Assembly: GCA_964252075.1 (NCBI GenBank)
Contig: CAXULY010000004.1
Coordinates: 154,585-218,584 of the forward strand
Origin: an uncultured Deinococcaceae bacterium
GTDB lineage: Bacteria; Deinococcota; Deinococci; Deinococcales; Deinococcaceae
DNA: 64,000 bases
Reading direction: 5' to 3'
The notes beneath the pieces were generated by a model, which did no database searches, had not been told where the DNA came from, and saw only the letters and a list, made by a program, of their open reading frames with translations. The translations under genes were made by a program, and so were the position numbers. Shown here piece by piece: positions 9,674 to 19,511 of the stretch (its first letter is position 1; every line of letters begins with the position of its first letter).

Positions 9674-10102
9674 TCAGGGTCCGTCCGGGCCTGCCCACAG
9701 CCGCGTGAGGGTCACGCGCGCGGGCGGACCCGGGTCGCTGCCGGACGCGGTGACGTCGGCCTCCAGGCGCAGGCCGTCCGCGGTGAGGCGCGCGTGGAAG
9801 GTTGCGAAGGGCTCGGGGAGGTTGCGGGCGCGCACCACGCCGCTCAGGGCGCCGTCCGGACCGGGCGGGCCGAGCGCCACGTCCAGCGGCTCACCGTCCG
9901 CCTCCAGGACCCCCGTCAGCACCCCGGCGGCATTCAGGCGCAGCGTGAGCAGGCAGTCGATGCCCCACACGCTCCCGCAGAAGCAGCCCGCGAGGCGCGC
10001 CGCGGCGCGCTGGCCGCCCCCCTCCTGCTGGTCCGTGGACGCGTCCACCCGGCTCCCCCTTTCCCGCGCGCCACGGGGCGCGCGCCTGCACCTGTGGAGC
10101 AT
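9674..10102 (-). CDS. Hypothetical protein; start uncertain
   Basis: Coding-like beta-rich C-terminal part; lies directly downstream of the regulator. Confidence 0.5.
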   Translation of the reverse strand: MLHRCRRAPRGARERGSRVDASTDQQEGGGQRAAARLAGCFCGSVWGIDCLLTLRLNAAGVLTGVLEADGEPLDVALGPPGPDGALSGVVRARNLPEPFATFHARLTADGLRLEADVTASGSDPGPPARVTLTRLWAGPDGP

Positions 10103-10117
10103 GGTCGGGGTGCGCGG

Positions 10118-10134
10118 GTCAAAAGGCAGTCAAA
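10118..10134 (-). promoter_or_regulatory. TTTGAC direct repeat with 11-bp period (candidate wHTH/SARP-type site)
   Basis: Minus strand TTTGAC-tgcct-TTTGAC in the 51-bp gap between the regulator and the small gene. Confidence 0.5.
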
Positions 10135-10153
10135 GGTTGAGGGCGCGCCGCCG

Positions 10154-13100
10154 TCAGGCGAGGGCGGGGCCGGTCAGGAACTCGGGGAGGGATTCGGGAA
10201 GGCGCGCCCCGAGCTCCTGCAGGCGCGCGCGGCCCTCCTGGTACGCGCGCGTCGCGGCGCGCGCGCCCGCCGACGCGCTCAGCGCGCGAGTGACCAGCTG
10301 CAGGGCCGTCACGTCGTAGGGTTCCATCTCGCACAGGATGGCGGCCAAGCGGGCCGCTTCGGCGGCGTCCGGTTCGAGGAGCGCCTCCACCTTCGCGCGC
10401 AGGGCGTGCGTGAGGGCGTCGCGCACGCCCGCGCGCCAGCCGTCCGTCAGGCCACCCAGGTACGCGCCACGCCACAGGGCCGCGTCGTTCGAGCGCAGGA
10501 AGTCCTCGGCGTCGCTCGTGACGTGCCCGAGCGCGTACCCGGTGGGCGTGCTGCGCACGCTGTCCGCGCCGAGGCCCGAGCGGATCAGGTACACCTGCTG
10601 CTTGAGGGTGTTGCGGGCCTCCAGCTCGGGCGCCTCGGGGTACAGGGCGTCCAGCAGTTCCAGGGTGCTCGCCTCGTCGCGGCCCGCGACGCGCGTCTCC
10701 AGCAGGTACGCGAGGAGCTCCAGGCGCTTGTGCGCGCGCGACGGCAGGCGCGTCCCGCCGCGCGCGAGCAGCACGGGCCCCAGCACCTCCAGGCGCGGGG
10801 CGTCCGCGGGCGTGACGGGCGGCGCCGGCACCCCGGGCGCCAGTGCCGGGAAGTACCGCCGCACCTGCGCGGCGCGGCGCGCCTCACCGTGCGCCTCGAA
10901 CCACTCGAGTTTGCGCCGGGCGTCCTCCACGTGGCCCTCCAGCCGGTCGATCTCGAGGGCCGCGCCGAGCGCCTCGGCGGGGTTGCCGTGCGCCTCGTAC
11001 AGCGCCACCGCGCGGCGCAGGTGCGGCAGCGCCCGCTCCCGCTGCCCGAGTTCGGCGTGCACGCGGCCCAGGTGGTAGGCGCAGGCGGTCTCGTCCTCCG
11101 CCAGCCCGGTGCGCGCCGCGACCTCAGCAAGTTCCTGCGCGTGCGTGAGGGCGCGTTCGGGCGCGCCGCCCGCCACCTCCGCGCGGCAGCAGTCCTCCAG
11201 CGCGGAGGCGAGGGCGTCGTCGCGCCCCGTCTCGCGCGCGGCGTCCAGGGCCAGCCGCGCGTACCGGCGGGCCAGCATGGAGCCGTGCGGCGGGTCCCAG
11301 TGCAGGTACAGGAAACTCAGGTGGCCGTAGCACTCGCACAGCCGGTCCGGGTGGTGCGTGGGGGCGAGCGCCGTGGCGTCCAGCAGCACCCGCTCGGCCT
11401 CCGGGTACTCCTGCAGGTAGATGTGCGCCAGGGCCAGCGCCGTCTGGATGCCCACGAACTGCCGCAGTGAGCCGACCGACAGCGCGAGCGCGGAGGCGCG
11501 CTGCGCGTCCGCCTTGGCGTCCTGGCGTCGGCCCAGCCGCGTGCGGGCGTTCGAACGGTTCGCGAGGTACGCCACGCAGTCCCAGGGGTGCTCGCGCTCA
11601 TCCACCGACTCGATGATCGCCGTGAGGTTGCGCTCGACGTCCTCGTAGCGCGCCGCGCGGTACAGCAGGGCGTTGCGGCGGTCGAGGATGGTGGCGCGCT
11701 CGGCGGCGCTCAGGTCCACGCGCGCGACCGCACCCTCGATGACCGCCTCGGCGCGCGCGCCCTCACCGAGGTCAATGAGCGCCCGGAGCGCCGCGCGCAG
11801 CGCCCCGGCGGGCGCGCGCGGCTGGAAGTCCGGGTGCGCGTCCCACAGGCGCAGCGCCTCGCGGTTATGCGCCACCCGGTCGTGGCCGTGCGCGTTCAGG
11901 AACTGCAGCCGCAGCGCCCACCACTCCAGGCCGTCGCGCTGCGCGTCCGGCAGCGCCTCCAGCAGGCTCCAGGCCTCGTCGGTGCGGCCGTCGCGGCGCA
12001 GGGCGGTGGCGCACAGCAGGGTCGCGTCGTGCCGGTGCCGGGCGTCCGTCATGGCGGTCCGCGCGAGGCGCTCGCACTCGCGCAGGTCATGGTCCCGCAG
12101 GAGCCGCGCGGCCTCCAGCGACAGCGCGGCGCGCGCCTCGCCACCCGCGTGATCGGCGGCGCGCGCCAGCCAGCGGGCGGCGCCCACAGGATCACCGCGC
12201 GCCTGCAGGTGACGGGCGGCCCGCTCGAGGATGCCGGTCGCCTCGCGCGGCGGGAGGCGCGCGTCCTGCACGTACTCCGCCGCGCGCAGCGGGTCGAAGC
12301 CCAAGAGGGCGTGCAGCGCCCGTCCGGCGTACCCGGCGCGCACGGCGCCGGGCAGGTCACGCCGGGTGAGTTCCGCGAAGAGCGGGTGCGCGAAGTGACC
12401 CCCAGCGAGCACCCCGGCGCGCTCCAGGCGCGCGCGTTCGCGCTGCAGGTCGGTGGGCGCGACCTGCGCGACGGTCGCCCATAGGGCCTCCAGCTGCGGG
12501 TGGCCCTCGCCGGGCAGGAGGGCGCGCGCCGCGAGGACCGCCCGCGCCTGCGGCGTGTCCGCCACGCTCCCCGTGAGGTGCCCGATCAGCGCCTCGACCG
12601 TGACGGGCACGAAGCCTTCGGGCGGGGGCCGCCACTGCCAGCGCTCGCCGTCCGACCACAGGAAGCCGTGGCGCCGCAGGTACCGCGCGAACTCCAGCGC
12701 GAACAGCGGGTTGCCGCGCGTGCGCGCGTGCAGGTACGCGAGCGCCTCCGGCGGGGGCACGCCCCTCAGTTCCTGCTGCACCAGCCAGGCGGTCTCGCGC
12801 TCGTCCAGCGGCGCGAGCGTGTGGGCGCGCAGGGGTTCAGGCAGTTCGGCGCGGCTCGTGACGAGCAGCCCCACCCCGCGCGTGCGCGCGACCGCGCGCG
12901 CCAGCGCGCCGATCGCCTCGGTGCGCTCTACGTCGGCGTCGTGCAGGTCCTCGAGGTGAAGCGCGATGGGTCCGAGCGCGGCGAGTGCCGCCGCGAGCGT
13001 CTGTGCCAGCACGCGCGCCTCCAGCGCCTCGCCCCGCGCCAGCCGGTCCAGCTGCGCGCCCGCCCAGGCGGGCAGCGTGCGCGCGCGGGGGATCAGGTGC

Positions 13101-13324
13101 GCGAGCTGCGGGCCCGCGAGGGGGGCGGGCGCGCTGAGGTGCGGGTACGGGAGGCGCGTGAGGACCGCTCGGGCTGTGTGGGTCTTGCCGCTGCCCGGCG
13201 CGCCCTGCAGGCCCACGCTCACGGAGACGCGCCGTGAGGCGATCACGCCGAGCTGCCGCGCGAGGTCCGCGAGGAGGGTGGCCCTCGCGCCCTCCCCCGG
13301 CCCGGGTGCGCCGTGCGCCGTCAT
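10154..13324 (-). CDS. Large ATPase-TPR transcriptional regulator with C-terminal wHTH/BTAD-like domain
   Basis: Walker A GAPGSGKT, Walker B LHLEDLH, TRGNPLFALE, helical repeats, C-terminal LEVLGP...LLDALYP...LKQQVYLIR...GYALG..SDA. Confidence 0.8.
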   Translation of the reverse strand: MTAHGAPGPGEGARATLLADLARQLGVIASRRVSVSVGLQGAPGSGKTHTARAVLTRLPYPHLSAPAPLAGPQLAHLIPRARTLPAWAGAQLDRLARGEALEARVLAQTLAAALAALGPIALHLEDLHDADVERTEAIGALARAVARTRGVGLLVTSRAELPEPLRAHTLAPLDERETAWLVQQELRGVPPPEALAYLHARTRGNPLFALEFARYLRRHGFLWSDGERWQWRPPPEGFVPVTVEALIGHLTGSVADTPQARAVLAARALLPGEGHPQLEALWATVAQVAPTDLQRERARLERAGVLAGGHFAHPLFAELTRRDLPGAVRAGYAGRALHALLGFDPLRAAEYVQDARLPPREATGILERAARHLQARGDPVGAARWLARAADHAGGEARAALSLEAARLLRDHDLRECERLARTAMTDARHRHDATLLCATALRRDGRTDEAWSLLEALPDAQRDGLEWWALRLQFLNAHGHDRVAHNREALRLWDAHPDFQPRAPAGALRAALRALIDLGEGARAEAVIEGAVARVDLSAAERATILDRRNALLYRAARYEDVERNLTAIIESVDEREHPWDCVAYLANRSNARTRLGRRQDAKADAQRASALALSVGSLRQFVGIQTALALAHIYLQEYPEAERVLLDATALAPTHHPDRLCECYGHLSFLYLHWDPPHGSMLARRYARLALDAARETGRDDALASALEDCCRAEVAGGAPERALTHAQELAEVAARTGLAEDETACAYHLGRVHAELGQRERALPHLRRAVALYEAHGNPAEALGAALEIDRLEGHVEDARRKLEWFEAHGEARRAAQVRRYFPALAPGVPAPPVTPADAPRLEVLGPVLLARGGTRLPSRAHKRLELLAYLLETRVAGRDEASTLELLDALYPEAPELEARNTLKQQVYLIRSGLGADSVRSTPTGYALGHVTSDAEDFLRSNDAALWRGAYLGGLTDGWRAGVRDALTHALRAKVEALLEPDAAEAARLAAILCEMEPYDVTALQLVTRALSASAGARAATRAYQEGRARLQELGARLPESLPEFLTGPALA

Positions 13325-13380
13325 GGTTCATCGTAACCCCGGCGGCCACCGCGCGGCCTCAGGCGGTGCGCCCGGTCCGC

Positions 13381-14313
13381 TCAGCTTCCCTCTGGGCCCG
13401 TGGCGTACGCCGCGAGGCCCTCCGTGACGGTCGTGACGCGCGCCTCGATGGTCCGCTCGGCGTCCCGGTTGTACCCGCCCGCCATGACCGTCACGAGCGG
13501 CGCGCGGTGCGCGCGCGCCCACGCGAACACCGCCGCGTCGCGCGCGCGCAGGCCGTCCAGCGTGAGCGCGAGGCGCCCGAACTGGTCGCCCGCCAGCACG
13601 TCCGCGCCCGCGAGGTGAAACAGCAGGTCCGGCCCGAAGGCACCGAGGCTGAGCAGGGCGGTTTCCCGCAGGGCGCGCAGGTACTCGGTGTCGCCCGCCC
13701 CGTCCTCGAACTCCACGTCCAGGCTGCTGCGTTCCTTCTCGAAGGGGTAGTTGTGCGCGCCGTGCAGGCTGATGGTCCACGCCCACGGCTGGTCCGCGAG
13801 CATGCGGGCGGTGCCGTTGCCCTGGTGCACGTCGAGGTCCAGCACCGCGATGCGCCTCGCCCGCCCGGCGTCGAGCGCCCAGCGCGCGGCGATCACCACG
13901 TCGTTCAGGAACGCGAAGCCCTCCGCGTGGTCGCGGTACGCGTGGTGCGTGCCGCCGCCCAGGTGCAGGCCCCAGCCGCGCGCGAGGGCGTCCCCGGTGG
14001 CGGCGAGCGTGCCGCCCGCCGAGTACACCGAGCGCGTCACGAGTTCCGGCGTCCACGGGAAGCCCAGGCGCAGCTCCTCGGCGTGCGTGACGTCGCCCGC
14101 CCGCCAGCGCGCGAGGTACGCGGGGTCGTGCACGCGCTCCGCGCTGGCCCAGTCGAGGGCGGGCGCGTCCTCCAGGGGCAGCAGGGCCCCCACGCGCGCC
14201 ACGAGGTCCTGCATCTGCGCGCGCTCCATGAACTGCCGCCGGGGCCTGCGCTCGCTGCCGCCCTCCGCCGAGAGGCGCCGGAAGGCGCTGAAGGCGCGCG
14301 GGAAGTGGGTCAC
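13381..14313 (-). CDS. Histone deacetylase-family (AcuC/AphA) protein
   Basis: GGGTHHA, GFAFLND, DLDVHQGNG, AGADVLAGD, GGY. Confidence 0.93.
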   Translation of the reverse strand: MTHFPRAFSAFRRLSAEGGSERRPRRQFMERAQMQDLVARVGALLPLEDAPALDWASAERVHDPAYLARWRAGDVTHAEELRLGFPWTPELVTRSVYSAGGTLAATGDALARGWGLHLGGGTHHAYRDHAEGFAFLNDVVIAARWALDAGRARRIAVLDLDVHQGNGTARMLADQPWAWTISLHGAHNYPFEKERSSLDVEFEDGAGDTEYLRALRETALLSLGAFGPDLLFHLAGADVLAGDQFGRLALTLDGLRARDAAVFAWARAHRAPLVTVMAGGYNRDAERTIEARVTTVTEGLAAYATGPEGS

Positions 14314-14353
14314 GGCGTCACTGTGCCACGCGCGCCGCGCGCGATCAACACAG

Positions 14354-14389
14354 GAAGGGGGGCGGGCCAGCGTCTGGCCCGCCCCCTTC
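14354..14389 (-). terminator. Stem-loop after the sugar ABC operon
   Basis: GAAGGGG(G)GCGGGCCAG-cgt-CTGGCCCGCCCCCTTC. Confidence 0.65.
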
Positions 14390-14397
14390 GCGTGAAT

Positions 14398-15348
14398 TCA
14401 GAACGGTGAGTCGGGGAAGTAGAACTGCTTGGCGTTCTGCTTGGTGACGAGCGTGGACGGAATGATGGTGTTCTTCGGCATGGCGGTGTTCGTCATGCGG
14501 GCCTTCGCGAGCAGGCTGACGGCCTCGTACACCATCTTGGGGGGGTACGTCACGTCCGCCGTGATGAGCTTGTCGCCGTCCTGAACCTTCTTGATCATCT
14601 CCTTCATGCCGGCGCCGCCCAGCACGAACTTGATGTCGGTGCGGCCCGCCTGCTGGATGGCCTTCAGCACGCCCACCGCGATGTCGTCGTCCTGCGCCCA
14701 CACCGCGTCGATCTTCGGGAAGCGCGTGAGGTAGTCCTGCATGACCTTGAAGCCGTCGTCGCGGTTCCAGTTCGCGTACTGCTTGTCCAGAATCTTGACG
14801 TTCGGGTACTTGCTCTTCAGGACGCCCTCGAAGCCGTCCACGCGCTGGTTGTCAATGACGGTCGCGATGCCGCGCAGCACCACCACGTTGCCCTTGCCGC
14901 CGAGCGTCTTGCCGACGTACTCGCCGCTCACCTTGCCGAGGCCGGGGTTGTCGCCCGCGACGTAGGCGTCCTGCGCGGTGGCGTCGGTGAGGGCGCGGTC
15001 CACGACCACCGTGAACACGCCCTGCTTCTTGAGGTTCGCGACGGGCCGCGTGAGGGGCGCGCTCTCCTGCGGCAGGATCACGAGCGCGTTGATCTTGTTG
15101 ATGCTCGCAAGGTCCTGAATCTGGTTGGCCTGCTCGTTGGCGTCCTTCGCGGTCTTCACGATGACGGTCAGGCCGGGGTACTTCGCTTCCAGGTCCTTCT
15201 TGGCCTGGTTCGCCCAGTACACGACGCCCGCCGTCCAGCCGTGGTCGGCGGAGGGAATGGACACCCCGATGATCTGCTTCTGGGCGAGGGCGCCGCCCGC
15301 GCCGAGGGCGGCGGACAGCAGGGCCATACGAACGAGGGTTCTACGCAT
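14398..15348 (-). CDS. Sugar ABC transporter substrate-binding protein (RbsB-like)
   Basis: Signal peptide [36 protein letters not shown]. Confidence 0.92.
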   Translation of the reverse strand: MRRTLVRMALLSAALGAGGALAQKQIIGVSIPSADHGWTAGVVYWANQAKKDLEAKYPGLTVIVKTAKDANEQANQIQDLASINKINALVILPQESAPLTRPVANLKKQGVFTVVVDRALTDATAQDAYVAGDNPGLGKVSGEYVGKTLGGKGNVVVLRGIATVIDNQRVDGFEGVLKSKYPNVKILDKQYANWNRDDGFKVMQDYLTRFPKIDAVWAQDDDIAVGVLKAIQQAGRTDIKFVLGGAGMKEMIKKVQDGDKLITADVTYPPKMVYEAVSLLAKARMTNTAMPKNTIIPSTLVTKQNAKQFYFPDSPF

Positions 15349-15379
15349 ACAGGTCTCCTTGAAGTGGGGGGCGGGGGGT

Positions 15380-16378
15380 TTATTTGCTGCGGCCACGCTG
15401 CAGGAACGCCACGACGATGATGACGACGCCCTGCACAGCGGCGTTGAGGTACACGCTGATGATGGAGGTGAGGTTCAGGACGTTCTCGATGGTGACGAGC
15501 AGCACCGCGCCCACCACGGTGCCCCAGATGCGCCCGAAGCCGCCCTTGAGGGCCGTCCCGCCGATGATGACGGCGGCGATCGCCTCGAGTTCCCACAGGA
15601 GTCCGGTGGAGGGGCTGGCGCTGCCGAGGCGCGGTACGTACAGCAGCGTGGCGAGCGCCACGCACACGCCCTGCAGGGTGTAGGTGAGGACCTTGACGCC
15701 CGTGACGTTCACGGCGGCGTAACGCGCGACCTGCTCGTTGCTGCCGACCGCCTGCACGTAGCGCCCATAGCGGGTGCGGTTCAGGATGAGGCCGCCCGCG
15801 AGCGCGATCACCGCGAAGATGTAGATGGGGATGGGGATGCCCAGCCACTTGCCGTAGAAGACCGGGCTGTAGGTGTCGCTGAGGGTATTGCCGAGCGAGA
15901 TGCTGCCGCCCTGCGCGAGGTCCGTGAGGACCGAGCGGTAGATGCCGAGCGTGCCGAGCGTCACGATGAACGGCTCGATGCGCCCGCGCGTGATGAGCGT
16001 GCCGTGCAGCAGGCCCGCCGCCGCGCCGATCGCGAGGGCGCACAGCATGCCCACCCCGATGGTCGCCCAGCCGGACCCGAGGGCGGGCACGAGGGCGTTC
16101 ATGATCAGGATCATGGAGCCCGCCACAAGGCCCACCAGGGACCCCACGGACAGGTCAATGCCGCCCGAGATGATCACGAAGGTCGCGCCGACCGCGATGA
16201 TGCCGATGAACGCGGCGCGCGTCAGGACGTTCGAGAGGTTCGTGAAGGTCAGGAAGTCCGGGTTGAGGGCCGTCGCGATGATCATCAGGACGACCAGGCC
16301 GAGCAGCGGCCCGAGCGCCGAGACGCGCGCCATGAACGGCACGCGGGCGGCGGGGGCTTCGGGGGCGGGCGTGCTCAC
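15380..16378 (-). CDS. Sugar ABC transporter permease (RbsC-like)
   Basis: [28 protein letters not shown]. Confidence 0.93.
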   Translation of the reverse strand: MSTPAPEAPAARVPFMARVSALGPLLGLVVLMIIATALNPDFLTFTNLSNVLTRAAFIGIIAVGATFVIISGGIDLSVGSLVGLVAGSMILIMNALVPALGSGWATIGVGMLCALAIGAAAGLLHGTLITRGRIEPFIVTLGTLGIYRSVLTDLAQGGSISLGNTLSDTYSPVFYGKWLGIPIPIYIFAVIALAGGLILNRTRYGRYVQAVGSNEQVARYAAVNVTGVKVLTYTLQGVCVALATLLYVPRLGSASPSTGLLWELEAIAAVIIGGTALKGGFGRIWGTVVGAVLLVTIENVLNLTSIISVYLNAAVQGVVIIVVAFLQRGRSK

Positions 16379-16412
16379 GCGGCCCGCCGTGAAGGGTGTG
16401 CAGTCTCGTGCG

Positions 16413-17921
16413 TCATGCGCTCTCCGCCATGTGGTCCACCTTCAGGCCGGTGGCGTACTGAATGACTTCTGCCTCGATGAGTTGCGCGCCCGTGAGGTTT
16501 CCGGTGAGGCGGCCCTCGCGCAGCACCAGCAGGCGGTGGCAAAGGCCCAGCAGCTCCGGGAGTTCGCTGGAGATCACGATCACGCCGCGCCCGGCGGCGG
16601 CGAGGCGGTGGATGAGCGCGTAGATCTCGCGTTTCGCGCCGACGTCCACGCCGCGCGTGGGTTCGTCCAGCACCACCACCTGCGGCGCGGTCTCCAGGAT
16701 GCGGGCGAGCGCCAGCTTCTGCTGGTTCCCGCCGGACAGGGCGCTGGCGGGCACGTTGAGGCGCCCGGTGCGGATGCCGTACTCCGGCACCGCGCGCTCC
16801 AGCGCGACCTGCTCGCGCCTGGGGTCCAGCAGCGGCTTCGTGTAGTGCTCCAGCGTCATGAGGGTGAGGTTGGGGCGCAGCTGGAAGTCCACGAGGAGGC
16901 CCTTGCCTTTGCGGTCCTCGGAGAGGTACACGAGGCCATTGCGCGCGGCGGCGCCGGGGCCAGTGATGCGGATGGGCCGCCCGGCGAGTTCCACGCGGCG
17001 CACGGTGTGGCGGCGCAGGCCCAGCAGGCCCTCGAAGGCCTCGGTGCGCCCGGCCCCCACGAGGCCCGCGAAGCCCAGCACCTCCCCGCGGGCGAGGGTG
17101 AAGCTGATGTCGCGCACCCAGCCGGGCACGCTGAGGCCCTCCACGCGCAGCAGGGTGTCGTCGGTGGGCGGCGTGCGCTCGGGGAACATGTCCTCCAGCT
17201 CGCGGCCCACCATGAGGCTCGCCATGCGGTGCGGGGTGAGGCCCGCCGCGGGGCCGCTGTGCACCACGCGCCCGTCGCGCAGCACCGTCACGCTGTCCGC
17301 GAGGGCCTCCACCTCGTCCAGGCGGTGGCTGATGTACAGGATGGTCACACCGTCCTCGCGCAGGCGGCGGATCAGGGCGAACAGCACGTCCGTCTCGCGC
17401 AGGGTGAGGCTGGCGGTCGGCTCGTCCATGATGAGCAGGCGCGCGTCGCGGGAGAGCGCCTTGGCGATCTCCACGAGCTGCTTCTGGGGGACGCTCAGCT
17501 CGCGCACGCGGGTGCGCGGGTCGAGGCGCACGCCGAGCCGACCGAGGGCCTCGGCGGCGGCGGCGTTCATGGCGCGCTCGTCCAGCAGCGCGCGGCCCAG
17601 TTCGCGGCCCAGGAAGATGTTCTGCGCGACGGTGAGGTCCTCGGCGAGGTTGAACTCCTGGTGGATGAGCACCACACCCCACGCTTCCGCCTCGCGGCTG
17701 CTCGCGAAGTGCACGGGGAGGCCCGCGAGGCGCAGTTCGCCGCCGCTGGCGGGGTGGTAGCCGCCGAGGATCTTCATGAGGGTGCTCTTGCCCGCGCCGT
17801 TCTCACCGATGAGGGCGTGCACCTCGCCGGGCGCGATGTCGAAACTCACGCCGTGCAGCACCTCGACCGGCCCGAAGGACTTGCGGACCTCCTGAAAGGA
17901 CACCAGCGGTGCGGCCGTCAC
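16413..17921 (-). CDS. Sugar ABC transporter ATP-binding protein (RbsA/MglA-like)
   Basis: [36 protein letters not shown]. Confidence 0.96.
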   Translation of the reverse strand: MTAAPLVSFQEVRKSFGPVEVLHGVSFDIAPGEVHALIGENGAGKSTLMKILGGYHPASGGELRLAGLPVHFASSREAEAWGVVLIHQEFNLAEDLTVAQNIFLGRELGRALLDERAMNAAAAEALGRLGVRLDPRTRVRELSVPQKQLVEIAKALSRDARLLIMDEPTASLTLRETDVLFALIRRLREDGVTILYISHRLDEVEALADSVTVLRDGRVVHSGPAAGLTPHRMASLMVGRELEDMFPERTPPTDDTLLRVEGLSVPGWVRDISFTLARGEVLGFAGLVGAGRTEAFEGLLGLRRHTVRRVELAGRPIRITGPGAAARNGLVYLSEDRKGKGLLVDFQLRPNLTLMTLEHYTKPLLDPRREQVALERAVPEYGIRTGRLNVPASALSGGNQQKLALARILETAPQVVVLDEPTRGVDVGAKREIYALIHRLAAAGRGVIVISSELPELLGLCHRLLVLREGRLTGNLTGAQLIEAEVIQYATGLKVDHMAESA

Positions 17922-17992
17922 GAGGGCGCCCCCCTCGCTGGGGTGGCGGCCGGGCCACAGTTTGAATCTGAGGTCGTCACTCGTCTCCTATC

Positions 17993-18004
17993 GAAATCGT
18001 TTTC
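17993..18004. promoter_or_regulatory. Candidate LacI-family operator
   Basis: GAAATCGTTTTC, a CG-centred GAAANCGNTTTC palindrome upstream of the sugar ABC operon. Confidence 0.55.
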
Positions 18005-18100
18005 TGTTCTTGCAACACGCGACGCAGCGCGGGTTCCGAAAAGCGAATTGCGGGTACAGAGCGAGTCTAAGGGCAGCCTGAGTGACGGGTCAAGGGCAGC

Positions 18101-18130
18101 AAAAAGGGACGCCGGAAAACCGGCGTCCCT
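18101..18130 (-). terminator. Intrinsic terminator
   Basis: AGGGACGCCGG-aaaa-CCGGCGTCCCT with a T-run on the minus strand, downstream of 18153-18548. Confidence 0.8.
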
Positions 18131-18152
18131 CCCTCGGGGCCTTCGACTGGCC

Positions 18153-18548
18153 TCAGGAGGCCTTGTCTTCGGCCTTCTGGCTGTGGAACTCGCTGATGTG
18201 GTCGTACACGTGCTGCGGGAACTCCAGGTCGCGGTACACGTTGCCCTCGTCGGGGTCTTGGGCGTCCGGGAGGATCGGGAAGTCCTGCTTCTGCTGGTAC
18301 TCCATGATCTTGTCGCGGCGCGGCGGGTTGTAGTCGCGCTCCTGCACCTGCTGCACGAGGGAGCGGGCGTCCGCCTCGCTGAAGTCCTTGTCGTGGGCGA
18401 GCAGCTTCACCAGTTCGTCCTCGGTCAGGAAGTGCCGCGCGACGATGGCGTACACGAGGCGCCCGTAGTGCCCGATGTCCTTCTTCTGCTGGAGGGCTTC
18501 GGTCAGGTGGGCCATCATGTGGTTCTGCTGTAAGTCTTTCAGGGCCAT
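18153..18548 (-). CDS. Hypothetical protein, possibly PriL C-terminal-domain-like
   Basis: Strong RBS AGGAGG; natural codon usage; own terminator. Confidence 0.8.
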   Translation of the reverse strand: MALKDLQQNHMMAHLTEALQQKKDIGHYGRLVYAIVARHFLTEDELVKLLAHDKDFSEADARSLVQQVQERDYNPPRRDKIMEYQQKQDFPILPDAQDPDEGNVYRDLEFPQHVYDHISEFHSQKAEDKAS

Positions 18549-18644
18549 AACTGCCTCCTGATGTTCAGGTTATGGCGTAACCCTGGCTACGGCATGACCG
18601 GGGCGTGAAGGCGCGTTTGGAGTGCTCCGCCATTCCACTTATAG

Positions 18645-18673
18645 TCAGTTCTACTGAAGATCAGTTAGGCTGA
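18645..18673. promoter_or_regulatory. Tandem TCAG-N5-CTGA palindromes (candidate MarR operators)
   Basis: TCAGttctaCTGA (18645-57) and TCAGttaggCTGA (18661-73) just upstream of the marR RBS. Confidence 0.6.
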
Positions 18674-18687
18674 CGAACAGGAGGGAC

Positions 18688-19140
18688 ATGGACCAGAACG
18701 CTCTGCCCGCCCTGCCGGACGTGCTGCTTCCCCGCCTCGGGTTCCTGATTGCGGTCGCCAGTCAGGCGGTCACCAATCCCGTCGAAGCGCAGCTTACCCA
18801 GCTGGGCATCAACTCCCGCCAGTACGGCCTGCTGCTGATCCTGCAGGCCAGTGGACCGCACACGCAGGCCGCGCTGGGGGCGATCGGGCGCATCGACCGC
18901 ACCAGCATGGTGGCCCTCGTGGACAGCCTGGAAGCGCAGGGCCTCCTCGCCCGCCGACCGCACCCCACCGACCGCCGCGCCCACCTCGTCACGCTCACCA
19001 CGGCGGGCGAGGCCCTGCTGCCCCGCGCCACCGCCCTCGTCGAAGCCGCCGAGCACCACGCCCTCCAGGCCCTCAGTCCCGAGCAGGCCGCGCAGCTCTC
19101 AACCCTGCTGCGCCTCCTGCTGCAAGGAGCACCCACATGA
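18688..19140 (+). CDS. MarR-family regulator
   Basis: LVDSLEAQGLLARRPHPTDRRAHLVTLT. Confidence 0.93.
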   Translation: MDQNALPALPDVLLPRLGFLIAVASQAVTNPVEAQLTQLGINSRQYGLLLILQASGPHTQAALGAIGRIDRTSMVALVDSLEAQGLLARRPHPTDRRAHLVTLTTAGEALLPRATALVEAAEHHALQALSPEQAAQLSTLLRLLLQGAPT

Positions 19141-19511
19141 CCGACTTCACCCCCACCCTCGACTTCGCGAGCCTCCAGGTGCGCGACCTGAGCGCTGCCC
19201 GCACCTTCTACACCGAAGTGCTGGGCCTGCGCGTGGCGCAGGAGACGCCCGACGCCGTGATCTTCCAGCACACCAACGGCGCCAGCTTCGCCATCCGCCG
19301 ACCCCTGACGGACCTCAACGCGGTGCCCACCCTCGGCGCGGGCGTCGCGCTGTGGTTCAGCACGCCCAGCACGGACGACCTGCACGCGCGCCTCCAGGCG
19401 CACGGCGAGACCATCCTGCAGGCGCCGCAACCCGGCCCCTTCGGGCGCATGCTGGTCGCGCGCGACCCGGACAGGTACGCCCTCACCTTCCACGAGGTCA
19501 CCCGTGCATGA
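19137..19511 (+). CDS. VOC/glyoxalase-bleomycin resistance family protein
   Basis: LQVRDLSAARTFYTEVLG...PFGRM..ARDPD; ATGA overlap. Confidence 0.9.
   Translation: MTDFTPTLDFASLQVRDLSAARTFYTEVLGLRVAQETPDAVIFQHTNGASFAIRRPLTDLNAVPTLGAGVALWFSTPSTDDLHARLQAHGETILQAPQPGPFGRMLVARDPDRYALTFHEVTRA

Noticed and set aside
18568..18582. GGTTATGGCGTAACC as an RDRM
   Set aside because: Half-sites are 1 nt apart instead of 7; may be another operator but unsupported
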